Origin: an uncultured Methanosarcinaceae archaeon
GTDB taxonomy: Archaea; Halobacteriota; Methanosarcinia; Methanosarcinales; Methanosarcinaceae
Length of the DNA stretch: 64,000 bases
NCBI GenBank assembly: GCA_963727895.1
Contig: CAVSHT010000008.1
Coordinates: 64,001 to 128,000, forward strand
Direction of reading: 5' to 3'
The notes beneath the pieces were generated by a model that saw only the letters and a list, made by a program, of their open reading frames with translations, was not told where the DNA came from and did no database searches. Made by a program: the position numbers and the translations under genes. Below, piece by piece: positions 11,200-23,192 of the stretch. The first letter of the stretch is position 1; every line of letters starts with the position of its first letter.

Positions 11200-11682
11200 T
11201 TATTCTCTGTCTTTCTTGATTTCTTGCGGCTTATTTTCAATCTTGCTGGGAGTTAGATATCTGCTAGCAAGCGGAGTCATTGGAAGATCTGCGTGAAGTA
11301 AGGAACAGATTCTTTCTCCCGCCAGTGTCCTTCCAGGAAGGTCAGGCATGATTTCAAGCCTTTTTCCTGAAGATGTCCTTTGACCTTCAAGTATGCACTC
11401 TGGAAGAGCAGTAAATCTAATTCCTGAAATCGAACTTGAAACAAGTCTTGGGGGAGTATCAGAACTCAGCCGGAGATTACCAGCAAAAAGTCTTAGATCC
11501 CTTTCAGGTGAGAGTCGTTTATTAAAATCAGGCATAAGACCTCTAAACTGATCAAGAATTGGATTTGAAAAAGTAGTGGATTCGTAGTTATGAGTAATCT
11601 TTTTGGCAAGTACCTTTTCACGGGCTGCGCGATCAGTTAAGTTAGAAGGTGAAGACGAATTTTCGGATTTGCTTCCATTCAT
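11200..11682 (-). CDS. Hypothetical protein
   Basis: ~160-codon ORF with coding-like composition. No recognised motif. Confidence 0.5.
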   Translation of the reverse strand: MNGSKSENSSSPSNLTDRAAREKVLAKKITHNYESTTFSNPILDQFRGLMPDFNKRLSPERDLRLFAGNLRLSSDTPPRLVSSSISGIRFTALPECILEGQRTSSGKRLEIMPDLPGRTLAGERICSLLHADLPMTPLASRYLTPSKIENKPQEIKKDRE

Positions 11683-11882
11683 AGCATAAAGATTGTCACG
11701 ATGATATATCAATTATGCGAGGACTTTTCCTGTTTTTTGTTGTTTTTGTTTTTTTCCAATATAATCAAAAATAATTTGATTTTTTATAAGTTATTTAGTC
11801 TATTGAATCTGTTTTAGTGTGTTCCTTATTGTAACAATTCTACGTAGTCCCCCACACTTATAAACAAATCAGGGCTTGAAAC

Positions 11883-12788
11883 TTAAACAACTCTCATAAG
11901 CAACTCAACAATTTTGTCAAATCCCATTTCTGTCGCAATATCCAGAGAAGTATTGCCATTTTCATCTTGAATATTCAGATCTGCACCACTTTTAATGAGC
12001 AACTCAACAATATCCTTATACCCTGTTTGTGCTGAAAACATCAAGGCAGTAAGCCCATGTTCGTCTTGAATATTGAGATTTGCCCTCTTTTCAATAAGCA
12101 ATTCTACAATATCTTTATATCCTCTATTTGCTGCATGAATCAAAGCTGTGTTACCGTTTTTATCCTGAACATCAAGATCAACACCGGCGATAACAAGTAA
12201 CTCTACGATATTCTGATTTCCTACTCTTGTTGCAGCATTCAAAGCTGTGTTACCATTTTTATCCTGAATGTTGAGGTCGGCACCACCTTTAATGAGCAAC
12301 TCAACAATTTCTCTATGTCCTCTTGAAGCTGCAGAAATCAAAGCTGTTTCGCCGTTTTGATCCTGGATGTTAAGATCTGTACCACTTTTAATAAGCAAGT
12401 CCGCAATATTTTTATATCCCACTTTTACCGCAAATTTTAGAGCTGTTTCGCCGTTCTGATCTTGAATATTGGAGTTAGCGCCACTTTTGAGGAGTGACTC
12501 TACAATATTCCTCTTTTCTATCTTTGCTGCAGAAATTAAAGCACTATCACCGTTTTCGTCCTGAACATCAAGATTAGCACCATTTTCAATAAGTAATTCT
12601 ATAATATCCTTATACTCTTTATTCACTGCATAGATCAGAGCAGTTTTGCCATATGTATCCTGAGAGTCAATATCTGCTTTACTGTTTCTCAAAAGTTTCT
12701 CTACTTTTTCTATCTGCCCTAATTTACATGCTTCTAAAAAGCCCTGAGTTTTATCTTTCCCAAATAAATTATCTATAAATCCCATCAA
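11883..12788 (-). CDS. Ankyrin-repeat protein (~8-9 repeats)
   Basis: Repeated QDxxGxTALxxAxxxGxxxIVELLIxxGADLN units. Confidence 0.93.
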   Translation of the reverse strand: MMGFIDNLFGKDKTQGFLEACKLGQIEKVEKLLRNSKADIDSQDTYGKTALIYAVNKEYKDIIELLIENGANLDVQDENGDSALISAAKIEKRNIVESLLKSGANSNIQDQNGETALKFAVKVGYKNIADLLIKSGTDLNIQDQNGETALISAASRGHREIVELLIKGGADLNIQDKNGNTALNAATRVGNQNIVELLVIAGVDLDVQDKNGNTALIHAANRGYKDIVELLIEKRANLNIQDEHGLTALMFSAQTGYKDIVELLIKSGADLNIQDENGNTSLDIATEMGFDKIVELLMRVV

Positions 12789-13120
12789 TGTTTTCTCCTC
12801 AAATATCTAAATTTTTCTTATTTGACAGAATGCAGCTAACCTGGAAGTTCTGATTGAAGCATAAAACACAAAATACAATTTTTATTAATAAGTTCCGCAA
12901 GATGTATACAATTAATACTTATTCATTTTATCAATTGTTTTTTGTATCGGGAAATGGATATTTCAATAATCGGATTTAGTGGTGTCTAATGAAATACTGA
13001 ATATAAAGGTTTTATAAAGAAAACTCCAAAAAGACAATATCAATATAGATAAGTAAATTAAATGATAAAGGTAGGCAAATCCAAATAATTGTTTAAGTTT
13101 GATGCTACCGTTCCAAGTTT

Positions 13121-13168
13121 ATATGTTGATCAATGGATTACATAATATGTTGATCAATGGATTACATA
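13121..13168. repeat. Exact 24-bp tandem duplication ATATGTTGATCAATGGATTACATA x2
   Basis: Seen directly in the sequence. Confidence 0.9.
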
Positions 13169-13504
13169 TGTTCTGCTAGGCTTTCCTTCTATTTTATATA
13201 ATATTCTTTATACTAATATTACTATTTTATTATATGTTCATCGAATTATTATTGTTAGTCGCCACAAAGATGCTTAGTATTTTTACGTTATCTGAGTTTA
13301 TTCATTTTTAAAACAGTCTTAAATTTAAAATGTTCTTTTCTTATGAATAACTATTAATCACAATGGGACGACCTATTTTTCAAGTGTGTAATTTAATTGA
13401 AAGGTTTATATATAAAAAGCTTCAAGAAATGCTCATAATCCCGGGAATCAGAAAATTCATCGTAACACTTATACATGTCTTATGACATTTACTCGCAGGT
13501 TCAG

Positions 13505-14614
13505 ATGATGAAAGCAGTACTAGGCTTAGAAGACGGAACAGTTATTAGGGGCACCGGTTTTGGTGCTGAAGGCACAGCTTGCGGCGAACTTGTTTTTACT
13601 ACTCAATTCACAGGATATGAGGAAGCTTTGACAGATCCTTCTTACAAGGGTCAGATTTTAATGTTCACTAACCCCCTTATCGGAAACTATGGTGTAAGTG
13701 GGGAACGCGCCCAGTCCGATAATATGCATGCAGAAGGGCTTGTTGTCAGGGAAGCCTGCAAAAAACCCTATCATTATAAATCAACTCGTTCTATCCTCAA
13801 ATATTTAGAGGATGAAGGAAAGCCAGGAATTGAAGGCGTTGACACCCGGATGCTTACTATAGGAGCAAGGGAACACGGAACTATGAGAGCAGCTCTTATC
13901 ACAGGCAGTGACGACGGAGAAGAGGCTGTTGATGTAGCAAGAAACCTCCCACAAACCACAGATGAGGAACTTATCTCCCTTGTAACCTGTAAAGAACCGC
14001 GTTTTATTCCCGGAGCAGAAGGCGCCTGGAAAGGCACAAGCAAACGCAAACATGCAGTTGTAGTTGACCTTGGGATTAAGCGCAATATCATAAATAACCT
14101 GCAAAAACGAGGTATTGACCTTACACTGGTTCCTGCAACTACAAAGCCTTCGGAGATTGCAAGTTACGAACCGGATCTCCTTTTCATTTCAAACGGACCC
14201 GGAAACCCGGAAAAAGTAACGGATGCGATCAATGCAGTAAAGGCTTTTGCAGGCACGATTCCGGTTTGCGGGATATGTTTTGGGCACCAGATTATCTCCC
14301 TTGCTATGGGAGCAAGTACCTACAAGTTGAAATTCGGGCACAGGGGCGGAAACCAGCCAGTAAAAGACCTTATTGAAAACAAGATTTTCATAACCTCCCA
14401 GAACCACGGGTATGCCGTTGATTCAGGTTCCCTTGATGATACAGGGCTTTATGTGAAATACCTTAACGCAAACGACAAAACCGTAGAAGGAGTTTCTCAC
14501 AAAGATCTGGATATTTTCAGTGTTCAGTTCCATCCTGAAGCTCAGGCAGGGCCACTTGATACCGAGGAAATGTTCTTTGGCAAGGTTGTAAAGATCCTCG
14601 GAGGTGAGATTTAA
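13505..14614 (+). CDS. carA: Carbamoyl-phosphate synthase small subunit
   Basis: GELVFTT..TGY.E.LTDPSY.GQI, SNGPG, GICFGHQ, FGHRGGN, QFHPE motifs. Confidence 0.96.
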   Translation: MMKAVLGLEDGTVIRGTGFGAEGTACGELVFTTQFTGYEEALTDPSYKGQILMFTNPLIGNYGVSGERAQSDNMHAEGLVVREACKKPYHYKSTRSILKYLEDEGKPGIEGVDTRMLTIGAREHGTMRAALITGSDDGEEAVDVARNLPQTTDEELISLVTCKEPRFIPGAEGAWKGTSKRKHAVVVDLGIKRNIINNLQKRGIDLTLVPATTKPSEIASYEPDLLFISNGPGNPEKVTDAINAVKAFAGTIPVCGICFGHQIISLAMGASTYKLKFGHRGGNQPVKDLIENKIFITSQNHGYAVDSGSLDDTGLYVKYLNANDKTVEGVSHKDLDIFSVQFHPEAQAGPLDTEEMFFGKVVKILGGEI

Positions 14615-17600
14615 TGCCTAAACGCGAGGACATAAAGAAAGTTTTGCTTATTGGATCAGGACCAATTACTATTGGACAGGCTGCAGAATTCGATTTTTCA
14701 GGCAGTCAGGCTTGCAGGTCTTTAAAAGAAGAAGGGATTAAGGTTGTACTTGTAAACTCAAACCCTGCAACCATCATGACTGACCCTGAAATGGCCGACT
14801 CGGTATATATCGAACCCCTTGATGCCAAAATAGTGGAAAGGATTATTGAAAAAGAACGCCCTGACGGAATTATTGCAGGTATTGGTGGTCAAACCGGCCT
14901 TAATATTACCAGTGAACTTGCGGAAAAGGGCATTTTTGAGAAGTATGGAGTTCAAATCCTTGGAACTCCTGTTGAAGCAATTCAAAATACTGAAGACCGG
15001 GAACTCTTTAAAGAGACTATGCTCAGGATAGGGGAAAAGGTTCCCTTAAGTCGGGCAGTAAATACTTTAAAAGAAGCCGAAGACGTTGTTGAAGAACTTG
15101 GCCTTCCTCTTATAATCCGTCCGGCTTACACTCTTGGGGGCGCAGGAGGCGGAATTGCCCGCACAAAAGAAGAATTGCTTGAAATAACGGAGCGCGGGCT
15201 CAGGCGCAGTCGCATCAACCAAGTGCTCATTGAAGAAAGTGTTCTTGGCTGGGCAGAAGTAGAGTATGAGGTCATGAGAGATGCAAACGATACCTGTATT
15301 GTAATTTGTAACATGGAAAATATTGACCCTATGGGTGTGCATACAGGAGAATCAGCAGTTGTTGCTCCCTCCCAGACCTTAAGCGATGCCGAGCACCAGA
15401 TGCTCAGAAGTGCTTCAATCAAGATAATTCGGGCTCTGAAGATAGAAGGTGGATGTAATATACAGTACGCCTTAAAAGAAGGCGATTATCGTATTGTTGA
15501 GGTGAATCCAAGGGTTTCAAGGTCTTCAGCTCTTGCATCAAAGGCTACAGGCTACCCTATTGCCCGTGTAACTGCAAAAATTGCACTCGGGATGATGCTT
15601 GATGAAATTATAAATAATGTCACTAAGAGCACCCCAGCTTCTTTTGAACCTGCTCTGGACTATGTAATTACAAAGATCCCCAGGTGGCCTTTTGACAAGT
15701 TCACAACAGCAGATAAAACTCTTACAACAGCTATGAAAAGTACCGGAGAAGTCATGGCTATTGGCAGGACAATTGAAGAATCCTTGTTAAAAGCTTTCAA
15801 GTCACTGGATATTGACAATCAGCTAGGAAATAAACACTGGGAAGAACCTGAAACAAAAACTCTTCTTAAAACGCCTACAAGTGAACGTCTTTTTGTTATT
15901 TTTGATGCACTTGAGAAAGGTATGTCGGTAAAGGAAATTGCTGAACTTTCGAGCATTAACCCCTTCTTCATCTCAAAAATCAAAAGGATCGTGGATATGG
16001 AAAAGCGCATCAGAGCAGAAGAACTTACTCCTGAATTTCTGCATGAAGTAAAAAAGATGGGCTTTCCTGATACCCGCATTGCCGAGCTTACTGGTAAGAC
16101 CAGTCAGGAAATAAGTGACCTCAGACATACAGCCGGAATCCTTGCCACCTTCAAGATGGTAGATACCTGTGCAGCCGAGTTCGAAGCAGCTACTCCATAT
16201 TATTATTCTACCTACGAAGATACCTGCGAGACATACAGTACAGACAAGAAGAAGATTCTGATCCTTGGCGCAGGTCCGATCAGAATAGGGCAGGGAATTG
16301 AATTTGACTACTGTACCGTTCATGCAGTCACTGCGCTTAGGGAAGAAGGTATTGAGACTCATATCATTAATAACAATCCTGAAACTGTATCTACAGACTT
16401 TGATACCTCAGACAAGCTCTTTTTTGAACCTCTTACTCTTGAGTATGTTATGAATGTAATTGAGCGTGAGAGGCCTGATGGGATCCTGGTGCAGTTCGGA
16501 GGGCAGACCTCTGTGAACCTTGCAATTCCACTCAAGGAGGAATTAAAGCGCAGGACTGACCTTAATACTGTGATTATGGGTACAGATCCTGATGATATGG
16601 ATCTTGCCGAAGATAGGGAAAAATTCTATATTTTAATGCAGAAACTTGGCGTTCCACAACCTGAAGGTGGATATGCAACTTCCAAAGAGGAAGCAATTGA
16701 GGTTGCAAAGCGGATCGGTTTCCCCGTACTTGTTCGTCCTTCTTATGTTCTCGGCGGAAGAGCAATGGAAATCGTATACGATGAAATCGATCTTGAACGC
16801 TATATGAAAGAAGCAGTCAGGGTTTCTCACGAACACCCAATACTAATTGACGATTTCCTTGAGGAAGCCGCTGAAATTGATGTGGATGCAGTCTGCGACC
16901 AGAAAGACGTACTTATTGGCGCAATAATGGAACACATTGAGGAAGCGGGTGTTCACTCTGGAGATTCAGCATGTGTAATTCCACCCCAGACCCTCTCGCC
17001 TGAGGTTCTTGAACAGGTGAGGGATTATACCCGCAAAATAGCTCTTGCACTCAGGGTTAAGGGATTGATCAATATACAGATGGCAGAGAAAGATGGTAAA
17101 GTCTATGTTCTTGAAGCAAACCCGCGTTCAAGCAGGACAATTCCTTTTGTTTCAAAAGCTGTAGGAATCCAACTTGCAAAGATTGCAGCCAAAGTAATTG
17201 CAGGACACAGTTTAAAGAGCCTGGGTTATACGGACGAACCAAAACCCAAACATGTCTCAATTAAGGAAGTCCTCCTGCCTTTCGACAAATTACCTGGTGC
17301 TGATCCTGTCCTTGGTCCGGAGATGAAAAGTACTGGCGAGGTCATGGGTATTGATTACGATTTCGGAAGAGCATATTATAAAGCTGAGCTTGCAGCAGAC
17401 AATGTTTTACCTTTGACTGGAAAAGTTTTCCTTTCCATAAGGAATGCAGACAAAACCGAACTTATCGACGTTGCAAAGAAACTGCAGGCAGCAGGCCTTG
17501 AACTCATGGGTACACAGGGCACTGTAAATTATCTTGCACAGCACGGGGTCTTCATGGATGTAGTGAAAAAGGTTCATGACGGGAGCCCGAATGTCATAGA

Positions 17601-17838
17601 TATGATGCGCAGGGACGAGGTTGATCTTATCATCAATACTCCAACAAGCAAACAGTCTAGAAAGGATGGCTCAAGGATCAGGCGGGCAGCAGTAGACTTC
17701 AAGGTTCCATACATCACTACAATGCAGGCAGCAATTGCAGCAGCCGATGCTATTGAAACCATGAAAAAGGGACAGGACCTTACAATTAAATCCATCAACG
17801 AGTACCACAAGGAGATGGAGCAGGAAAACAAAGCTTAA
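14614..17838 (+). CDS. carB: Carbamoyl-phosphate synthase large subunit
   Basis: IGSGPI.IGQAAEFDFSG, duplicated ATP-grasp domains, C-terminal MGS domain. Translationally coupled to carA (TAATG). Confidence 0.97.
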   Translation: MPKREDIKKVLLIGSGPITIGQAAEFDFSGSQACRSLKEEGIKVVLVNSNPATIMTDPEMADSVYIEPLDAKIVERIIEKERPDGIIAGIGGQTGLNITSELAEKGIFEKYGVQILGTPVEAIQNTEDRELFKETMLRIGEKVPLSRAVNTLKEAEDVVEELGLPLIIRPAYTLGGAGGGIARTKEELLEITERGLRRSRINQVLIEESVLGWAEVEYEVMRDANDTCIVICNMENIDPMGVHTGESAVVAPSQTLSDAEHQMLRSASIKIIRALKIEGGCNIQYALKEGDYRIVEVNPRVSRSSALASKATGYPIARVTAKIALGMMLDEIINNVTKSTPASFEPALDYVITKIPRWPFDKFTTADKTLTTAMKSTGEVMAIGRTIEESLLKAFKSLDIDNQLGNKHWEEPETKTLLKTPTSERLFVIFDALEKGMSVKEIAELSSINPFFISKIKRIVDMEKRIRAEELTPEFLHEVKKMGFPDTRIAELTGKTSQEISDLRHTAGILATFKMVDTCAAEFEAATPYYYSTYEDTCETYSTDKKKILILGAGPIRIGQGIEFDYCTVHAVTALREEGIETHIINNNPETVSTDFDTSDKLFFEPLTLEYVMNVIERERPDGILVQFGGQTSVNLAIPLKEELKRRTDLNTVIMGTDPDDMDLAEDREKFYILMQKLGVPQPEGGYATSKEEAIEVAKRIGFPVLVRPSYVLGGRAMEIVYDEIDLERYMKEAVRVSHEHPILIDDFLEEAAEIDVDAVCDQKDVLIGAIMEHIEEAGVHSGDSACVIPPQTLSPEVLEQVRDYTRKIALALRVKGLINIQMAEKDGKVYVLEANPRSSRTIPFVSKAVGIQLAKIAAKVIAGHSLKSLGYTDEPKPKHVSIKEVLLPFDKLPGADPVLGPEMKSTGEVMGIDYDFGRAYYKAELAADNVLPLTGKVFLSIRNADKTELIDVAKKLQAAGLELMGTQGTVNYLAQHGVFMDVVKKVHDGSPNVIDMMRRDEVDLIINTPTSKQSRKDGSRIRRAAVDFKVPYITTMQAAIAAADAIETMKKGQDLTIKSINEYHKEMEQENKA

Positions 17839-17894
17839 CTGGCAACAACCTGGTAAAGACTGAACTGAAAAAAGCCTGAGTAAACACTGAACCG

Positions 17895-17920
17895 AAAAGA
17901 TGGCTTGTCTGTCATCTTTT
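17895..17920 (+). terminator. Hairpin plus T-tract after carB
   Basis: AAAAGATGGC-TTGTCT-GTCATCTTTT. Confidence 0.45.
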
Positions 17921-18078
17921 ATATTACATTTAGACTATTAATTCTATTCAGTTTTACTGTATGAATAAGAAAATATCTGTGTTATATCTTTTTCAAGTAT
18001 ATTTATCTCAAGTTACTTATTACGCTTATTTGTTTTAATCTATAGTTTTAATTCATAAGTTAAAGGGGTAATAAAAGC

Positions 18079-19266
18079 ATGGCAAAGAAAGTTGCACTTG
18101 CATATTCAGGAGGGCTTGACACCTCGGTGTGCATACCTATCCTTAAAGAAAAGTACGGATACGATGAAGTAATTACAATCTCGGTCGATGTAGGCCAGCC
18201 TGAAGAGGAAATCAAGAGAGCTGATATGAAAGCCGAGAAGATCAGCAACAAGCATTATACGATTGATGCAAAGGAAGAGTTCGTTAATGATTATATCCTC
18301 CCCCTGATCAAAGCCAATGGAAATTATGAAGGCTATGTGATGGGAACTTCAGTTGCTCGTCCGTTGATTGCCAAAAAAGTAGTTGAAGCTGCAAAAAAAG
18401 AAGGCGCAGTTGCCCTTGCACACGGGTGCACAGGAAAAGGCAATGATCAGCTCCGTTTCGAGGCTGTTTTCCGCCAGACTGATATGGACGTAATCGCCCC
18501 AATGCGGGAAATGAACCTGACCCGCGAGTGGGAAATCGACTACGCAAAAGAGCACGGAATCCCAGTGGAAGTCACAAAGTCCAAGCCCTGGAGCATTGAC
18601 GAAAATATCTGGAGCCGCAGCATCGAAGGCGGCAGACTTGAAGATCCATCTTTTGTCCCGCCGGAAGAGATCTTTGAGTGGACAACTTCGCCTGAAAAAG
18701 CTCCTGACCAGCCCAGGATTGTTGACATCGGTTTTGAAGCAGGCGTTCCAGTTTCCCTTGACGGCGAAAAAATGAGCGGCTACGCCCTTGTGAAGAAAAT
18801 GAATGAAATTGCAGGCGAAAACGGCGTCGGCAGAACCGACATGATTGAAGACCGTGTTCTCGGCTTAAAAGCCCGCGAGAACTATGAACACCCTGCTGCA
18901 ACCGTTCTCCTCGCAGCCCACGCCGACCTCGAAAAACTCGTTCTGACCCGCAGTGAACTCAAGTTCAAGAAGATCGTTGACGACCAGTGGTCCGAACTTG
19001 CCTATTATGGTCTTGTGGACGAACCGCTTTATGCTGACCTGAATGCTTTTATCGACAAGTCCCAGGAAAGGGTTACAGGTACAGTGAAAGTCAGGCTCTA
19101 CAAAGGCGCCCTTACGATCCTTGCCCGCAGCTCGCCGAATGCGCTCTATTCTGAAGATCTGGTTTCTTTTGACAGCCAGACCATTGACCAGAAGGATGCA
19201 GAAGGGTTTGCGAAGTATCACGGTTTCCAGGCGAGGATGTACAGGAAAGTGATGGATAAACAGTAA
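18079..19266 (+). CDS. argG: Argininosuccinate synthase
   Basis: [48 protein letters not shown] motifs. Confidence 0.97.
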   Translation: MAKKVALAYSGGLDTSVCIPILKEKYGYDEVITISVDVGQPEEEIKRADMKAEKISNKHYTIDAKEEFVNDYILPLIKANGNYEGYVMGTSVARPLIAKKVVEAAKKEGAVALAHGCTGKGNDQLRFEAVFRQTDMDVIAPMREMNLTREWEIDYAKEHGIPVEVTKSKPWSIDENIWSRSIEGGRLEDPSFVPPEEIFEWTTSPEKAPDQPRIVDIGFEAGVPVSLDGEKMSGYALVKKMNEIAGENGVGRTDMIEDRVLGLKARENYEHPAATVLLAAHADLEKLVLTRSELKFKKIVDDQWSELAYYGLVDEPLYADLNAFIDKSQERVTGTVKVRLYKGALTILARSSPNALYSEDLVSFDSQTIDQKDAEGFAKYHGFQARMYRKVMDKQ

Positions 19267-19375
19267 ATTTGAAATTTTCTTTCATTTCCTGCCTGTTTTT
19301 TCAGTAGGCAGGACAATTATTCTCTTTTTTGACTTATTTCTGGCTATTTTTTGATATTCAATTATTTAATTTTTC

Positions 19376-20115
19376 GGCATTGTTACTTAACTATATTTAA
19401 TTATTTATTTCTTTATTTCATCAATAGAATAACCGAGTACTTTAGCATTTCAAGACTCTTCGTATAACACTTTGTCTTTCTTCTCAACCTTGCCAGAAAG
19501 TGCCTCAATATGCTGTTATATCTTTCAACAGTATACGTTTCTGCTTTTGATTGAGTATGGATCTTTTCTGGAAGAAACTCTGCATATGCCCTCCAGTGAT
19601 CGGTCATCACTTCTCCAATCTCTTTTTTCTTCACTTTTTCCCAGAGTAGTTTTCCAGTTTCCGTTCCTCTGCTACCAAAAGAGCAGTTGATAAACTTTTT
19701 CCCAACTCTATCAACAGCAATCCAGATCCAGAAATATTTTGTTTGTTACTTATGTAAGTGTGCATCTCATCCATTTCAACAATAGATATCTCATTTTCGC
19801 TTTTTAGAGCCTCCAACTCCTGACCAAATTTCTTTATCCATTTTTGGACAGAAACATGACTCACCCCTAAAAATCGTCCTATTGAGCGAAAGCCCAATCC
19901 TTCAAGATAGAGTTGTAAAGCCTGTCTTTTTACAGAGACGGAAAAAGCAGTTGATTTTAGCTCTACTATATAGTTATAGCCACAATCAGAGCATTTGTAC
20001 CGTTGACGCCCGCCAACTATACCATTCTTTTTGTGACTGGAACTATTACATTTTGGACAGTTCATGCAGAAATATACTTTCTAATAATATATAACTATGT
20101 TTAAGTATCAATGCC
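19376..20115 (-). mobile_element. IS1-family element copy 3 (740 bp)
   Basis: GGCATTG...CAATGCC ends. ORFs 19631..20065 and 19413..19634. Slippery run interrupted (AAACAAAA). No TSD. Confidence 0.9.
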
Positions 20116-20960
20116 AAAAATATCTTTAAAAGATACTCCAAAGTATACCGAAAAAATGATACAGGAATATATATCAAATAATCCAAAGATTTTAGGGCTT
20201 GGGGATTTAGAATTAAGAGGCAAAGAAAGATTACAACCTAGTACAGGAAGACTAGATCTTTTGTTCCAAGTTCCAGATTCAACTCAGAGATACGAAGTCG
20301 AAATCCAACTAGGAAAAACTGATGCATCCCATATAATAAGAACAATTGAATATTGGGATATTGAAAGAAAAAGGTACCCACAGTATGATCATTGTGCAGT
20401 AATCGTGACTGAAGACATAAAGAGTAGATTTTCAAATGTAATACAGCTTTTTAATGGAAACCTTCCAATAATTGTAATTCAAATGAATGCTTATGAAACT
20501 GGAGGGAAAATAGGATTAGGCTTTGCTAAAATTATAGACAAGAAGGAGGTAGGTCTTGTTGATGAAGACGAGGAAGTTATAGAAGCTATTGATAAAAGTT
20601 ATTGGGAAGCCAAAAGTTCAAAACAGACAGTTGAGTTAGCAAATAAATTACTCAACTTGATAACAGAAATAGATCCACTTTATAATATAAAATATAACAA
20701 ACATTATATTGGCTTAACAAAAGATGGAAAAACAAATAATTTTGTCAGTTTCAGGCATAGAAAAGATTTTTTATTTTGGCAATTAAGCTTGATCAAACAG
20801 ATGAAATAATGGATGAATTAAGCAAATCCAATTTGGAACTACTAGATTATGATGTAAAAAACATAATTACAGAATCATACTTAATGAAATGGGAATTGAA
20901 ACCAACAAGGAATTACTTAGTAAACTATTCAAAATGTCTTATGACGACTATAATTTTTAA
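20111..20960 (+). pseudogene. PD-(D/E)XK-like (NucS/DUF91-like) nuclease-domain protein. 5' end abuts IS1; frameshifted near 20770-20800 and ~20860.
   Basis: E..IQE, GRLDLL, YEVEIQLG motifs. The ATG lies inside the IS1 terminal repeat. The C-terminus continues in shifted frames. Confidence 0.6.
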
Positions 20961-21680
20961 TATTGTTGTTTCCTCTTTTCCATATAACTTAGGCAACCAT
21001 TCAATTTGAAAGAAAAATTACCATATAAATATATGCTTTTTTACCAGTATTAGACATATTTTCATAACTGACTAAGGGGTGTAAAGATCCAGAAAAAAAG
21101 TATCCAGTTATTATATTTCCATTTTAATCATAAAATATCTCCCCACAGGGAAAGATCAATTTTATCAAAAAAGCCCTGTGAAGGGCTCCTTTTAAACTCC
21201 TTTTGAATCTGCAATAATCGCGGGTTTTTTAGTTTATAGTGAGTTCATGTCTATTTATCTGAAATTTTAAATTGCCACGTACCTATCTCAGAATTAGGGT
21301 TTTATAACAGGTAATACCCATTTTACCAAAATTGTGAAAATAGCTAATATAATAATAAGCCATATTACCCAACTGGGTAAGTTTTCGGGTGTTTCAACCA
21401 TAATAATAGATATTTCAGAATCATATAAAAAGACGTATAGATAGATTACTCCAACTTACCTTTTTCGAATCAATTTTAAGTTACCTGGAAAGGATATGAA
21501 AAAATTTTCATCTCTTATTAAGCGATCCATTTTCTGGCTATTTTCTTTAGTTTATAATTAACTTGAAAAATTTCCTTAAATCAGACAAATATCTAAAAAC
21601 ATATTTAGTGGAGATTCCAGCAGACAGCCAGCAGGAAAAATATCTAAAAACTGAATTCAATATCAATGGACTTGAATTCT

Positions 21681-21914
21681 TCACAAGTCCTTTTCTCCAA
21701 GCCACTCTTCTCTTGAAATACGAGATTGTTTAAGAATCCTTGTTAGAAGATCAATCCCAATTGCACCCTTATGTGGATTGGGAATCGTTAAAACAAGATC
21801 TCCTTTTCTCATAAAAGGATGCTTTCCGCCAGAATAAGATCCTTCAAATCCCAGTTCTTGCAATCTTTTAACAAAGGTTCGCCAATCGACAGGGACCAGC
21901 TTAGACAATTGCAA
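21681..21914 (-). CDS. hicA: HicA-family toxin (mRNA interferase)
   Basis: LGF...GGKH.FM......TIPNPH....I...LL..IL motif. Overlaps hicB. Confidence 0.85.
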   Translation of the reverse strand: MQLSKLVPVDWRTFVKRLQELGFEGSYSGGKHPFMRKGDLVLTIPNPHKGAIGIDLLTRILKQSRISREEWLGEKDL

Positions 21915-22152
21915 TATCTCCTGGTTCTTTGATTACATAGTCCCCGATCCGTGGCAGAGGTAGTCCATTTCTCAATCTGATAACGATCCATTCATCAATG
22001 ACTTCTTCCAAGTTTCTACGACATTCTTCAAGTGTCTTGCCTGTAGCCCATACACCCTCAAGTTCGGGAACTTCTCCATAATAAGGTTCTTCGTCATCGA
22101 TTATTTCGTATTTTGCTCTTTCAAGAGCCGCGTGGATATACTGGATGAGCAT
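21901..22152 (-). CDS. hicB: HicB-family antitoxin (short, no DNA-binding domain)
   Basis: YYGEVPELEGVWATGKTLEECRRNLEE...W...L...LP motif. Confidence 0.85.
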   Translation of the reverse strand: MLIQYIHAALERAKYEIIDDEEPYYGEVPELEGVWATGKTLEECRRNLEEVIDEWIVIRLRNGLPLPRIGDYVIKEPGDIAIV

Positions 22153-22434
22153 AATTACACCTTTCCGAACTGATATATTTAGTTTTATACTGTTTAAATC
22201 TTATATAGGTTATGCGAATCGGGTTAGATCTGTAAGAATTACAGTCTTTAATTTCTCTTTTCTTGACAATTGTATTCGGGGAAAATTTCAGCAGACCATC
22301 GGCTGGAGAAATATATTAAAACTGAACGTGAAGAAAAGCTCACTTAAAAGTATATTCATAATTTATGTGAATTTTAAAAAAATAGAAAAAAAATAAGATA
22401 AGTGTTGATGCAAACTTAATTGCAGAAATAACAC

Positions 22435-22623
22435 TTAGTATCTTCTGTTTTCTCTGGGCGTCCTGTGGTTAGGAAGACAATCCCTGCAATAAACTGGTCT
22501 TTCTGGGTCAGGTTTGAAAGGCACTTCTGTCTCAACATTGCAGTCTGAACAGGTTGCTTTGTGCATTTCTCTTGGAGCGCCGAAATTAGAATTTCCTCTG
22601 AAGTTACTGTCATTAAAAGCCAT
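22435..22623 (-). CDS. CxxC-x17-CxxC zinc-ribbon small protein, copy A
   Basis: CSDC...EVPFKPDPERPVYCRDC, SD AGGTGA, RG/N-rich N-terminus. Confidence 0.9.
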   Translation of the reverse strand: MAFNDSNFRGNSNFGAPREMHKATCSDCNVETEVPFKPDPERPVYCRDCLPNHRTPRENRRY

Positions 22624-22675
22624 TTTTGTTTCACCTTTGTTTTTAGTTTTTGTTTTAGTTTTTATTAATTGTTTT

Positions 22676-22760
22676 AAAATAAGATTGTATAGAACTCTTT
22701 GATTAAAAACAAAAGTTGGTTTTTAATAACAGATTATTATACATCTCTTTATTTGTCAAT
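22676..22760 (-). promoter_or_regulatory. Conserved structured 5' leader, copy 1
   Basis: Long stem with apical AUUAAAAAC-CAACUUUU-GUUUUUAAU. Starts ~20-25 nt downstream of a TTTATATA box. Confidence 0.65.
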
Positions 22761-23192
22761 ATATATATAGCACTTAAACTATATAAATCTATTTATAAAC
22801 ATAGAGCACAATTTCTCAAATGAGAACAATTTCCAGATATAGTTTGCAGAAGAAGCAACAACCTATTTTCTGAGAACTCCTGAAAACAGAATTTGGTTAA
22901 CAGTTTTCCACTTTTGAAACAATCCTATAACAGAAAAAAATCAGTTTGATCTAAAAAAGCTGCCCTGCAAAGTGTCTCTCTTAAATCTACTAAAATAGCG
23001 GGTTTTTCAATTTCACTTTGATTCTTAAAAAACGTTTTCGGAGAGATTTCAGCATGCCGCCGGCAGAAAAATATATTTTAACTGAATCAAACGTGACAAA
23101 GAGTCCAGTTACAAAAGATATTCCACATTTGGTTTATTTTAAAAAATGGAAATGAAAAAAGTGTTGATGTAAACTTAGTTAACAAATAATAT

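Noticed and set aside
2232..20123. Flanks ATATTTTT (copy 2) and AAAAATAT (copy 3) as a displaced TSD
   Set aside because: Both are on the same IS end in the same orientation and are low-complexity, so chance is likely
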